From contig NZ_CP013011.1 in assembly GCF_001412615.1 (NCBI RefSeq), positions 1,980,001 through 2,012,000 on the forward strand: a stretch of 32,000 bases of DNA, read 5' to 3'. The position numbers were made by a program, and so were the translations under genes. The DNA is from Pyrodictium delaneyi. GTDB taxonomy: Archaea; Thermoproteota; Thermoprotei_A; Sulfolobales; Pyrodictiaceae. The notes below the pieces were generated by a model. That model saw only the letters and a program-made list of their open reading frames with translations. It ran no database searches and was not told the DNA's origin. Below, piece by piece: positions 8,598 through 16,609 of this stretch. Each line of letters opens with the position of its first letter. Within the stretch, counting starts at the first letter, position 1.

Positions 8598-9293
8598 GTG
8601 TGGAATACGAGGCTTGAACTATTAGACAAAACAGCACGTGTAAGGCTAGTTATTCAGCCGATAGCCTCTATTGAGAACCACGGCGTTCTTCCTCTAGGGG
8701 CTGACCTACTGATAGCTGACTGCGTCATGAAGAATATTCGGCTTCCTCGGGGCGTAGTTGTTGCCCCAACTATACCATATTCCACGGCGATCGAGCACCA
8801 GGAGCCGCGGGTCTCAGTTAACCCACAAATGTTTATACAATACCTAGTAGAGGTTGGCTCATCTCTCCTATCCATTGCCGACACATTGTTATTTGCCGTC
8901 TTCCATGGCGGAGCCTACCACGCAACATACCTGGCTGCAAGGATTCTACGCTCAATGGGTAACAATGTAGTCCTTTTCAACTTCTGGGACACAGTTACAA
9001 AGGCTATAGGATTGAAGGATGTCTTAGTTCATGCAGACTGCATTGAAGCCAGCATACTTCTTGCATGCGGCTATGATAAAGGTATCCGCGAGACAGAACA
9101 GGTAGATCCAGACTGCACACGTATTGCACCGCACTACCAGCCCTGGGTCTCCCTAGACGTGCCCGACCTCTATCCGCGAGATAGCGTTCCCGCTTCGAGA
9201 ACGCTCGGTGAGAAACTTCTGCAAGCAGCTAGCGCGCAGCTAAGAGAGCTTGTAGAGTCGATCTTGGAGCAGCTGGAAGCCTCTTCACGATAG
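8598..9293 (+). CDS. arfB: Creatininase-family protein, probable FAPy deformylase ArfB (riboflavin/F420 pathway)
   Basis: 231 aa, GTG start. SIENHGVLPLGADLLIA resembles the creatininase E-x-HG-x-LPLGTD metal motif, and AVFHGGAY resembles the NGHGGN motif. The family includes MJ0116 ArfB, and the gene adjoins the rib cluster. The motif is one residue shorter than canonical. Confidence 0.6.
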   Translation: MWNTRLELLDKTARVRLVIQPIASIENHGVLPLGADLLIADCVMKNIRLPRGVVVAPTIPYSTAIEHQEPRVSVNPQMFIQYLVEVGSSLLSIADTLLFAVFHGGAYHATYLAARILRSMGNNVVLFNFWDTVTKAIGLKDVLVHADCIEASILLACGYDKGIRETEQVDPDCTRIAPHYQPWVSLDVPDLYPRDSVPASRTLGEKLLQAASAQLRELVESILEQLEASSR

Positions 9294-10353
9294 ATATTAT
9301 GGATGAACTGCTCCACTCTATTTCCGGTATCTCTGCCACCAACAACCTGGCTATCGGCGCGCCTTCATCAACCATAACTGTGTCTAGGCGCAGCAGCTTC
9401 ATACAGTCAATAGATGCTGCACGAAGTAATGCTCTGGCTAGGAGTTCGGCTTTATCTCGGCCATCCTTATGTACAACCATATACGTAAACATTATCTCCT
9501 CGTCGACGTACGGCGGTATCCATGCCGCGTTATCAGTGCCTATACCAATCACGGTTTTGTCAAGGAGCTCTGGGAGCACGCTAAGCAGGGGAAGCCTTCC
9601 GAGATGATACATGTTGGATCTAGGACAGAATACTAGCCCTATACCCGACTCCGCTAACTCCATGATCTCGTCTCTATCGAGGTAGGTTAGGTGTATAGCT
9701 GCCGTAGGAGCTGCCTGGAGTACTATCTCATAATCTTTAGACTGATACAGCTCTAGTGTCTCGGATACATGCACGTGTACATGTCCATTGAACCGCCTAG
9801 CATAGGATGACAGTTCGGCGAACTCCTCTGGGCTCAGGTCGAATACAGTATCGAGACCTACACCACCAGCTTCGCCTAGTAGTTGTAGGTATGCGCCAAG
9901 ACTCTTCGTGAGGGGCTGACCTAGTATCCTTGCGCTTATTCCGGCTCGGGCTGTACTATTGTTTACTAGCTCTAAACCTCTTCTAGCTAGCTCTGCGTAT
10001 ACCCCGACATAGAGTATACCCTTTCTCTTCATGGAGTCGAGCACACGGCTAATCCTTTTATCTAGCTCTACTTGGTCTAGCTTCGAGAGTAGTTTGTACT
10101 TTAGCCCTGTAGGCAGTGCCACAAGCTCATGGAGAGGGAGGGTCTCCCCCGCTTCCGCTATGGAAGCGTCGAGAATATGTAAATGAGCGTTACAAAGAGC
10201 TGGGAGGAGCACTAGCCCTGAATATATCCTCCTAGACGGGCTGCACCCTTGACCTATACCCCTTACTCGTTGCTCATCATCAATGTCTATGCATGGCTTG
10301 TAAATTGGTCGCAGCTCATCACCCACGAGGGCAACAAGGACTTCTATTTGCAT
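9229..10353 (-). CDS. Amidohydrolase-superfamily deaminase (ATZ/TRZ, COG0402-like) embedded in the riboflavin cluster
   Basis: The ORF opens at 10401. I prefer ATG 10353 (MQIEVLV...), 4 nt after the ribH stop. Motifs: CNAHLHILD (HxH), HVHVHVSETLE, AIHLTYLD, FCPRSNMYHLG, GIGTDNAAW. This is the metal-ligand pattern of guanine/cytosine/MTA deaminase-type enzymes. Confidence 0.8.
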   Translation of the reverse strand: MQIEVLVALVGDELRPIYKPCIDIDDEQRVRGIGQGCSPSRRIYSGLVLLPALCNAHLHILDASIAEAGETLPLHELVALPTGLKYKLLSKLDQVELDKRISRVLDSMKRKGILYVGVYAELARRGLELVNNSTARAGISARILGQPLTKSLGAYLQLLGEAGGVGLDTVFDLSPEEFAELSSYARRFNGHVHVHVSETLELYQSKDYEIVLQAAPTAAIHLTYLDRDEIMELAESGIGLVFCPRSNMYHLGRLPLLSVLPELLDKTVIGIGTDNAAWIPPYVDEEIMFTYMVVHKDGRDKAELLARALLRAASIDCMKLLRLDTVMVDEGAPIARLLVAEIPEIEWSSSSIISIVKRLPAAPRSTLQALLAAR

Positions 10354-10357
10354 ACTC

Positions 10358-10825
10358 TTATTCAATGTATACTGTTTCTCCCTCGAATTTTGCCTCTTCA
10401 ATAGCCCGGAGCCTCCTCACTAGCTTAACAGCTGCCTCAACTGATCTACGTGCATAGTCATCTACGCGCTCTAGCGCCTGCATACGGTTCATCCCCGGCC
10501 CTGATATTCCAAGGGTTACTGGTTTACCGTACTTCTCGGCTAGGTCTACTAGTTTCCTTGCGACCTGGTGCGCTATCACTTCGTCGTGCTTAGTAGCACC
10601 AGTTATGATTGCCCCGAGAGCCACCACCGCATCCACGTCATCCTTGCGCAACAGCTTCTCCACGAGTAACGGTATGTCGTATGCGCCTGGCGCCCTTACC
10701 ACATACGTGACTGTAGCACCAAGAAATTTTGCATGGCTTAGAGCACGCTGCAACATGAGATAAGTGACATCATGGTTGAACTCGGATACGACTATTGCAA
10801 GCCGAATACCTTCACCTGCAGCCAC
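10358..10825 (-). CDS. ribH: 6,7-dimethyl-8-ribityllumazine synthase
   Basis: 155 aa. [31 protein letters not shown] and [14 protein letters not shown] match lumazine synthase. Confidence 0.92.
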   Translation of the reverse strand: MAAGEGIRLAIVVSEFNHDVTYLMLQRALSHAKFLGATVTYVVRAPGAYDIPLLVEKLLRKDDVDAVVALGAIITGATKHDEVIAHQVARKLVDLAEKYGKPVTLGISGPGMNRMQALERVDDYARRSVEAAVKLVRRLRAIEEAKFEGETVYIE

Positions 10826-10902
10826 GGCGTATACACCTACCCGGGTATATAGGAGCGGGCTTAGGCAGGGTTAGAGGGTTATCGGTCCCAGGGATAGCCA
10901 GC

Positions 10903-11370
10903 CTAGACTCTCAAAGGGCCTGCGTCAGGATATCCCTGCCTTCTTCCTGTCCCGGCGCGCGCTGTTAGCACGTCCGGCCTGTATAGGAGTAGGTAGAGGT
11001 TCTCTGCATGCTTCTTAGCGCGGTCTACCGCGATCCGATAGAGGTCTTCCTCATTCTCTGCCTCGTCTTCATGCACCGTTACATCTATTATGTGGCGCTC
11101 AAGTTCTAGCTGTACGAGCTGTATAGCGAGACTGTAGACTGCATAGCTTATCTTATCAGTTATCGATGAACCTATCCAGCCTAGCACCATTCCGGCATCA
11201 CAATTCTCTTCTTTCATGATCTTCTTTATCTCTACTGGTACGTCCTTTATCCCCGGCACAGTGCGCCTTACTATTTGTACGCTAGGCATCAGTGTCTGCA
11301 AGGTATCTATAGCATATCTAGCCATGTCTACTCTAGCAAAGGTTGTATCTACAATACAGATCTTCGCCAA
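10903..11370 (-). CDS. ribC: Archaeal-type riboflavin synthase
   Basis: 155 aa. IVDTTFARVDMA..., TVPGIKDVPV, VHEDEAE, RQGYPDAGP align closely to my recollection of MJ1184. TTG start. Overlaps the ribB 3' end. Confidence 0.9.
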   Translation of the reverse strand: MAKICIVDTTFARVDMARYAIDTLQTLMPSVQIVRRTVPGIKDVPVEIKKIMKEENCDAGMVLGWIGSSITDKISYAVYSLAIQLVQLELERHIIDVTVHEDEAENEEDLYRIAVDRAKKHAENLYLLLYRPDVLTARAGTGRRQGYPDAGPLRV

Positions 11371-12040
11371 GCTTTTCCACCCTATCGATTATCTCATTTC
11401 CCTCAATCAGAGGGTAGCCCTTCTCCCTAGATACTCTTCTCGCATCCTCAATGCTCAGTGCATCTCCCTTCGAGAGCATCTCGACGATGACTGTTGAAGG
11501 CGTCATTCCAGCTAGTATTGCGAGATGGAGGGAGAGTTCCGTATGCCCTTTCCTCTCGTTAAGCCGACGACCTAGTAATATGGGCACGTGCCCTGGTGCT
11601 ACAAAGTTTGACTGGAAGTAGTTACGTGCTTCTCGAGTGTTGCCGTGTATTATCATTGTTAGTACCTTGTCAAGTTCGCGTATAGTAGTGGCGCGATCTG
11701 AGTCTCTTATCCCGGTTTTTACCCGTATGCTATTAACCCAAAGAGAGAACGCCGGTTTGTCGCCGTAGCCGAGTGTCTTACTAGCAAGCGGGGCTAGCTC
11801 GGGTATTGTTGAGATTATCTCGTATCCATACCTTAGCCCTACGATCCTTCCAGCCGGCTGGGGCATTGCATAGCATATGAGTCCTCCCGCGAGTGTACGC
11901 ATTTCGTAGATACGTTCAGTAGTAACCATGGATGCATGGATAACATAGTCTATCTCGTTCTCGCGGCCAGCTTCATCGTATATGAGGACAGGTATTCCTC
12001 TGCGAAACGCCTCTATGGCTTTTTCTAGTTGGTTGCTCAA
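11333..12040 (-). CDS. ribB: 3,4-dihydroxy-2-butanone 4-phosphate synthase
   Basis: 235 aa. GIPVLIYDEAGRENEIDYVIHAS, GLICYAM and RKGHTELSL are DHBP synthase signatures. Confidence 0.92.
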   Translation of the reverse strand: MSNQLEKAIEAFRRGIPVLIYDEAGRENEIDYVIHASMVTTERIYEMRTLAGGLICYAMPQPAGRIVGLRYGYEIISTIPELAPLASKTLGYGDKPAFSLWVNSIRVKTGIRDSDRATTIRELDKVLTMIIHGNTREARNYFQSNFVAPGHVPILLGRRLNERKGHTELSLHLAILAGMTPSTVIVEMLSKGDALSIEDARRVSREKGYPLIEGNEIIDRVEKLGEDLYCRYNLC

Positions 12041-12173
12041 GGGTGTCTATCCCTCAACCAGCTCCGAAAGCTATACCATGGAATTTCCTTATGCTACCCT
12101 AATCACTCATTCTAAGGCGGGGTGTTAAACGGGAGTCGCTGTCCATCTATAGATCTTGTAATGGTTTGAGAAA

Positions 12174-12890
12174 CTATCGGCAAGTTACAGTTTCTTCTCC
12201 ACGTTTGTCCACATACACTCGACAACTCCTAGCACTCCTTATAACGGATAGCGCGTGAGCTGCGCGCGCTAGCGCAGCACGCGGATTATCGTCCACGCCT
12301 ATACCTACCTTATATCTCCCGTCACCTATTGCCTCCATGACCAACCCTAAGGCATCATCTATGTTCTCCTCTGGAGCAAATAGTATAATGTTGTCGCCTC
12401 CAAGATAGCTTGGTATATAGCCTCTTGGGAGAGCATCCTCTACAAGTCTGATATAGAGCCTCATTACCTCGGCAAAAGGCTGGAGAAAGCCCTTTCGTCG
12501 CCTCTCGTTGCTAACCATGTCTAGATCTATGTGGAGTGCCGCCACACCACCATCGTCGTAGTCGTCTATTGTTATACCTGGTTCTATGGGTACTCTGTCC
12601 CAGCCCGGACGATTTGTCGCAACTACTCTCATTGCGACCGGTACAGGGGATTCACGACTCACAACCCTGTATATCTCTTCGATGTTTTCTCTCGGTACAC
12701 CGTTCAACACTGCTACCATTATGTCGTGGCTGAACGGGACTATGTATCCTCCACTAGCTGCAGCAGCATCCATCGCTGCAAGGTATATTGCTGACTGCCG
12801 CTTCTGGATTATCCACTCTCTATCGTAACCTATCTCCTCTGTCCACTCACGGTACCCTATGAGTACTATAACGCCCGCCAGCAGCACCAC
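12174..12890 (-). CDS. arfA: GTP cyclohydrolase III (FAPy-forming, MJ0145 type)
   Basis: 238 aa. VIVLIGYREWTEE..., AALHIDLDMVS and YLGGDNIILFAPE are collinear with my recollection of M. jannaschii GCH III (IQIDNYGPWT, IAHIDINN, IGGDNFMAP). Confidence 0.88.
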   Translation of the reverse strand: MVLLAGVIVLIGYREWTEEIGYDREWIIQKRQSAIYLAAMDAAAASGGYIVPFSHDIMVAVLNGVPRENIEEIYRVVSRESPVPVAMRVVATNRPGWDRVPIEPGITIDDYDDGGVAALHIDLDMVSNERRRKGFLQPFAEVMRLYIRLVEDALPRGYIPSYLGGDNIILFAPEENIDDALGLVMEAIGDGRYKVGIGVDDNPRAALARAAHALSVIRSARSCRVYVDKRGEETVTCR

Positions 12891-12918
12891 ACCGTCTCCC
12901 CTCTATGCTAGCACACGC

Positions 12919-13689
12919 CTAGCTATTCCCTCCCGGAGCATCTTTCACTAGATCTGCTATTTTCCCGGAGAGACACGGCTCTATGTAAGGCTCAGCAGCA
13001 GGAGGACAACACGTTGACTCTACACGATAAGCTACGTGTACACAATTGCCACAAGGACACTTCTCAAGGCATAAGAGCCTTAGCCGCGGAGATAGGCTGG
13101 TTGTAGGGAACCCCTCCGCCTGAGGGTCGTCGAACACATTCCTCCCAGCCGCAAAGACGTATGGAGTGTATGTTACCCGTATTTCGTCTACGAGCCCGGC
13201 TTTGAGCATGTTATAGTTTAGTATACCACCACCCTCAATGAGCAGCCGGCGTACATCATACTCCATGACTAGTATCTCCATCGCTTTAGCAAGGTCTACT
13301 ACGCCATTCTCGCCGACTACGTGGACGCGAACCCCCTTAGCCTCTAGACGCTTAATCTTCTCGCTATCACGTACAGCCGTGAATACTATGACAGGGGGAC
13401 CAGGTTCACTTACTAGGCGTAGCTCATCGTGTAGCCGCAGTCTGCCATCGACTACTACACGGTAGTACTTGTCGCTGCGAGGGTTTAGCCTTTTCCGGAG
13501 CGAGGGATTGTCTATTAGGACCGTAGAGGCGCCAACCATTACTGCCTCGGCTGCGCCTCTCAGCAGCCGAAGCCTGGCAAAGTCATAGTTACAGCTTAAC
13601 AAGCTATACCGTGTAGATGATGCTATCCTCCCGTCAAGCGTAGCAGTAGAGAATATTATCGTGTACGGCCGCGTCAACGACCTAGTCAA
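12919..13689 (-). CDS. arfC: 2,5-diamino-6-ribosylamino-4(3H)-pyrimidinone 5'-phosphate reductase (RibD C-terminal-domain family) with a Cys-rich C-terminal extension
   Basis: 256 aa. RPYTIIFSTATLDGRIAS and LIEGGGILNYNMLKAGLVDE are the DHFR-like RibD_C motifs. The TTG start overlaps the Pop5 TGA stop (cTTGA). Confidence 0.88.
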   Translation of the reverse strand: MTRSLTRPYTIIFSTATLDGRIASSTRYSLLSCNYDFARLRLLRGAAEAVMVGASTVLIDNPSLRKRLNPRSDKYYRVVVDGRLRLHDELRLVSEPGPPVIVFTAVRDSEKIKRLEAKGVRVHVVGENGVVDLAKAMEILVMEYDVRRLLIEGGGILNYNMLKAGLVDEIRVTYTPYVFAAGRNVFDDPQAEGFPTTSLSPRLRLLCLEKCPCGNCVHVAYRVESTCCPPAAEPYIEPCLSGKIADLVKDAPGGNS

Positions 13690-14237
13690 GGTAGTCTCCG
13701 CCTAGCGATGGCTAGTGCACGCTTAGCCCTCTTTATAGTGCCAGTCGTCCGTACCGGGATTATCACTGCACGGCTATCACCGATACGCCGTACTAGTCCT
13801 AAAGCTGCAAGTACGAGGTACTTAGTGTCGTGGGATACACGTAGTATACCCGCAGCCCTTTCAGGGTCATAGTATACTAGCTGTAGACGGGCCAGTGCTA
13901 CCGTTAGCTGGCCAGTTAGCCTCTCAGCCGCCCGGATTATTGCCCGCTCTACTTCCTGGGGCGATGGAGGCTGTTCACCTTCATAGACTATTATGAATGC
14001 TATGTAGCGGCGTCGTCTACGTCTACGCAGCTTCTCCAGAAACTTCTCCGCATCACTGCTCTGGAGAGCATAGCTTGCCGCTTTTAGGATACTACCCATT
14101 TCCTTGGCTAAGCTATCTAATCGCCTCTCTAGGAGTGCTACGCGCTTCTCAAGCATTCTCTGACCATGGACGCTCAAGGCTACGTAACCAGCAAAGCCGA
14201 CGGCTAGAACCGCCAGTATAGCCGTGTCTAGCTGCAA
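13686..14237 (-). CDS. rnp2: RNase P protein component 2 (Pop5/Rpp14 family), possibly with an N-terminal hydrophobic/coiled-coil extension
   Basis: The C-terminal ~110 aa (RRRYIAFIIVYEG...GILRVSHD...VRTTGTIKRAKRAL) match Pop5. The longest ORF starts at TTG 14237, 2 nt after the rnp3 stop. An in-frame ATG (MGSILKAAS...) about 46 codons downstream would give a canonical-length protein. Confidence 0.85.
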   Translation of the reverse strand: MQLDTAILAVLAVGFAGYVALSVHGQRMLEKRVALLERRLDSLAKEMGSILKAASYALQSSDAEKFLEKLRRRRRRRYIAFIIVYEGEQPPSPQEVERAIIRAAERLTGQLTVALARLQLVYYDPERAAGILRVSHDTKYLVLAALGLVRRIGDSRAVIIPVRTTGTIKRAKRALAIARRRLP

Positions 14238-14239
14238 TT

Positions 14240-14908
14240 CTATACAGCCTCCCCGCCTGGGCTTGGATGACGCGCCTTCGTATTAACTATGGCAGCTGGG
14301 TAGCCCGTTATCGCGAGTTTCGCGATGTTTTCCGGCAGCCCAAATGCTACTAGCATTGCATGCACTGTTCTGGGATGCCACATTTCCCACTTAGTCCTGG
14401 CACCACTAGTCACGACCAATGGGGCCTCGTATGCTGCTGCACGCCTCGCTATAATCATTGTACCGCGGAGGCCTGCACGTGGATCACCGCCGTGAAGTAG
14501 TGGTAGAAACCTGAGCTCAACAGCTGCCCCACCCTCGCGTAGCATAGCAGCTTGGCTCTTGTCCATATACCTGGCCATACCGGGTGAGAGTACTACTAGC
14601 CCTACTCGGGGATCCCTGGCAGCTAGTCTAACAGCTTCAGCTGACTTAGGCTTCACGGCTACTAGGTCGAAGTTCAGAGCTATTCTCTTCAGTATGTTGA
14701 CTGTCTTGCCCCAGGAGTCGGCTTCGATTGTTACACGTGTTAGAGCCTCGATGCCCTCCTCTGTGAACACTCTAGCGTATTCACGTGCACGCTGAGGATC
14801 ACTGTTCTCGATTGCTACGAGCCTATACCCCATTATCTTTGCGAGTGAAGCCATCTCCATAGCGTCGCGGAGGCTGCGCGGCTCGAGGGCTAGATCCATG
14901 GACTTCAA
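14240..14908 (-). CDS. rnp3: RNase P protein component 3 (Rpp30 family, TIM barrel)
   Basis: 222 aa. MDLALEPRS...GYRLVAIEN, DLVAVKPKSAEAVRLAARDPRVGLVVL fits the Rpp30/PHP-like fold. Canonical position upstream of Pop5. Confidence 0.85.
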   Translation of the reverse strand: MKSMDLALEPRSLRDAMEMASLAKIMGYRLVAIENSDPQRAREYARVFTEEGIEALTRVTIEADSWGKTVNILKRIALNFDLVAVKPKSAEAVRLAARDPRVGLVVLSPGMARYMDKSQAAMLREGGAAVELRFLPLLHGGDPRAGLRGTMIIARRAAAYEAPLVVTSGARTKWEMWHPRTVHAMLVAFGLPENIAKLAITGYPAAIVNTKARHPSPGGEAV

Positions 14909-15360
14909 GATACGAGCCCCAGCTCCTTGAGAACATTTATGGCTTTGTCGAGGCGCGGAGTACCTCTAAGATTTATCATTACATGTATCACATCGTCACC
15001 GTCGTAGAATCTTAGCTCGCCTAGGAAGGCGTCTTGCTTGCTGAACCTTAGGTAGAACCTACCCTGCTTGGCATCATACCTGTTCTCCAGCATCATGGCA
15101 ATGATCTTTTTGCTCTCTTTGTCGAGCCTCTCTGCTAGTCCACGTACAAACTCCTCCGCAGCATTACCTTCGAGCCTTACTACTATTCGCGTTATTGGGT
15201 TATTGTAGTGCCCCTCGAGCGTATATAGTGTAAATTCCACTTTTTCGTGGAGACTCTCTGGTACAATGTTGAGTATGGCTTGCTTAACCCGGTTGACATC
15301 CTCGGTTGCGTGTGCATGGGCAGCTATCTCTACCCTTATGACCTTGCTGGGCGCGGACAT
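14905..15360 (-). CDS. DUF54/COG1325 RNA-binding protein (predicted exosome-associated subunit)
   Basis: 151 aa. VEIAAHAHATEDVNRVKQAILNIVP... and the length match the UPF0201/DUF54 family. That family is classically found between L15e and Rpp30 in the superoperon. 4-nt overlap with rnp3. Confidence 0.7.
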   Translation of the reverse strand: MSAPSKVIRVEIAAHAHATEDVNRVKQAILNIVPESLHEKVEFTLYTLEGHYNNPITRIVVRLEGNAAEEFVRGLAERLDKESKKIIAMMLENRYDAKQGRFYLRFSKQDAFLGELRFYDGDDVIHVMINLRGTPRLDKAINVLKELGLVS

Positions 15361-15632
15361 TGCCTCTTACCCCTCGTAAGTATGTGTCGTCAAGCCTGCT
15401 ATCTTTCTCTACGTTACACCGGCCAGGTTCTATCAGACGTCGCCGGGCCTTCTTCAAGCCCACTACTCTCGAAGCATCTTTGACCATAAAATTCTTCAAG
15501 GACCATGCCTGGTCCGTTCTTCGCGTTACCGTACACGGCATGAGCCTGATACAGATGGATGTATGAGGGCAGAGCACGCGTCACTGAATGCAGGGCAAAG
15601 TAGTAGGAAGAACAGCGCTATCCTATTGCCAA

Positions 15633-15637
15633 CAAGC
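15633..15637 (-). terminator. T5 run downstream of rpl15e (candidate archaeal terminator)
   Basis: Minus-sense AAGTTTTTGGC lies about 55 nt after the L15e stop. Oligo-T tracts are the usual archaeal termination signal. Confidence 0.3.
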
Positions 15638-15691
15638 ATGCCAAAAACTTAGAGCTAGGATAACGATGCTGGAATAACATAGAAATGAATG

Positions 15692-16372
15692 TTATTGGAG
15701 GTCTCCGTGATGGTACTTTTCGCGTATCTCGTCTGGTGCGATGAGGCGGGCGCCACGGTGGGCCTCGTGGCGCTTCTTGAGCTTGCGCTCCTTCTGCTTC
15801 TTCTTCCACTTGTACTTGTGTGTACCACGTAGACCGCGTGTCTTTCTTAGACCGCGCATTTTCTTGCCAGCGCTTGTTAGGCCACGGAATACGCGGCCGC
15901 GGTGCTGTTTCTCGCATATCCATCCCAGGTCCTTGTCCCGGCACACGGCAGGGTGGCTGCGATCTACTAGTATGACCTCATACCACTTGTACTCGCCGTC
16001 CTCTGCCACATAGTAGCTGTTAAGCACCTCCATGTTGGGGTACTTTCTGGCTGCACGCTCCTCAGCTATCAGCCTCGTAGACTTTGCCGGCGCATAGCCA
16101 TAGACACCCATCCTCTTAGGGCGACGGCCCTTGTTAGGCCTCGGCCTGTTTAGACCGCCCTTGCGCACACGCACCCGAACCACTATGATGCCCTGCTTGG
16201 CCTTGTATCCAAGGCTGCGAGCACGGTCAATACGGGTTGGCTTCTCGATGCGCACAACACTTGGCTGGCGACGCCACTCCATTAGCCGGCGCTTCCACAG
16301 CTGCACTAGCTCGGGTACCTCGTGACGCTGCTTCCATGTTTCCCTAAGATAGTGGTACAGACCGCGTGCCAT
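15692..16372 (-). CDS. rpl15e: 50S ribosomal protein L15e (eL15)
   Basis: 226 aa. [14 protein letters not shown]..., [27 protein letters not shown]. An unmistakable L15e. Confidence 0.95.
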   Translation of the reverse strand: MARGLYHYLRETWKQRHEVPELVQLWKRRLMEWRRQPSVVRIEKPTRIDRARSLGYKAKQGIIVVRVRVRKGGLNRPRPNKGRRPKRMGVYGYAPAKSTRLIAEERAARKYPNMEVLNSYYVAEDGEYKWYEVILVDRSHPAVCRDKDLGWICEKQHRGRVFRGLTSAGKKMRGLRKTRGLRGTHKYKWKKKQKERKLKKRHEAHRGARLIAPDEIREKYHHGDLQ

Positions 16373-16426
16373 TGCCTTCCCCTACCTACCCTATCGTGAG
16401 CCCGGGAACCGACTAGCCCTGCTCTC

Positions 16427-16437
16427 CCTATTAAAAA
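16427..16437 (-). promoter_or_regulatory. Candidate TATA box for rpl15e
   Basis: Minus-sense GTTTTTAATAG lies 55-65 nt upstream of the L15e ATG, followed by a purine-rich AGGGGAAGG just before the start. Confidence 0.35.
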
Positions 16438-16609
16438 CACTACAGCTCAGAGGTACCAGATTAGGCCTCCAGGCCTTTTGGCAACCCTTCGGCGGGGATG
16501 AAGACTTGCCCGCATCACGGAGCCTATGCGATCCCTCTACAAGGCTATGACGAAGTGTGCGCCCCGGCTGACCTCACACCATCCACGTCTCCGCTCGACC
16601 GTGAGTTGA

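Noticed and set aside
12041-12173. FMN riboswitch upstream of ribB
   Set aside because: Only a GGAAATTCC string recalls the RFN element. The multi-helix conserved core is not present on either strand.
15284-15944. Track ORFs 15284-15577 (-), 15360-15566 (+), 15618-15944 (-)
   Set aside because: The first overlaps the DUF54 gene start out of frame. The third overlaps rpl15e out of frame. The second is antisense in the spacer. All have Arg/Ser/Pro-rich, implausible sequences.
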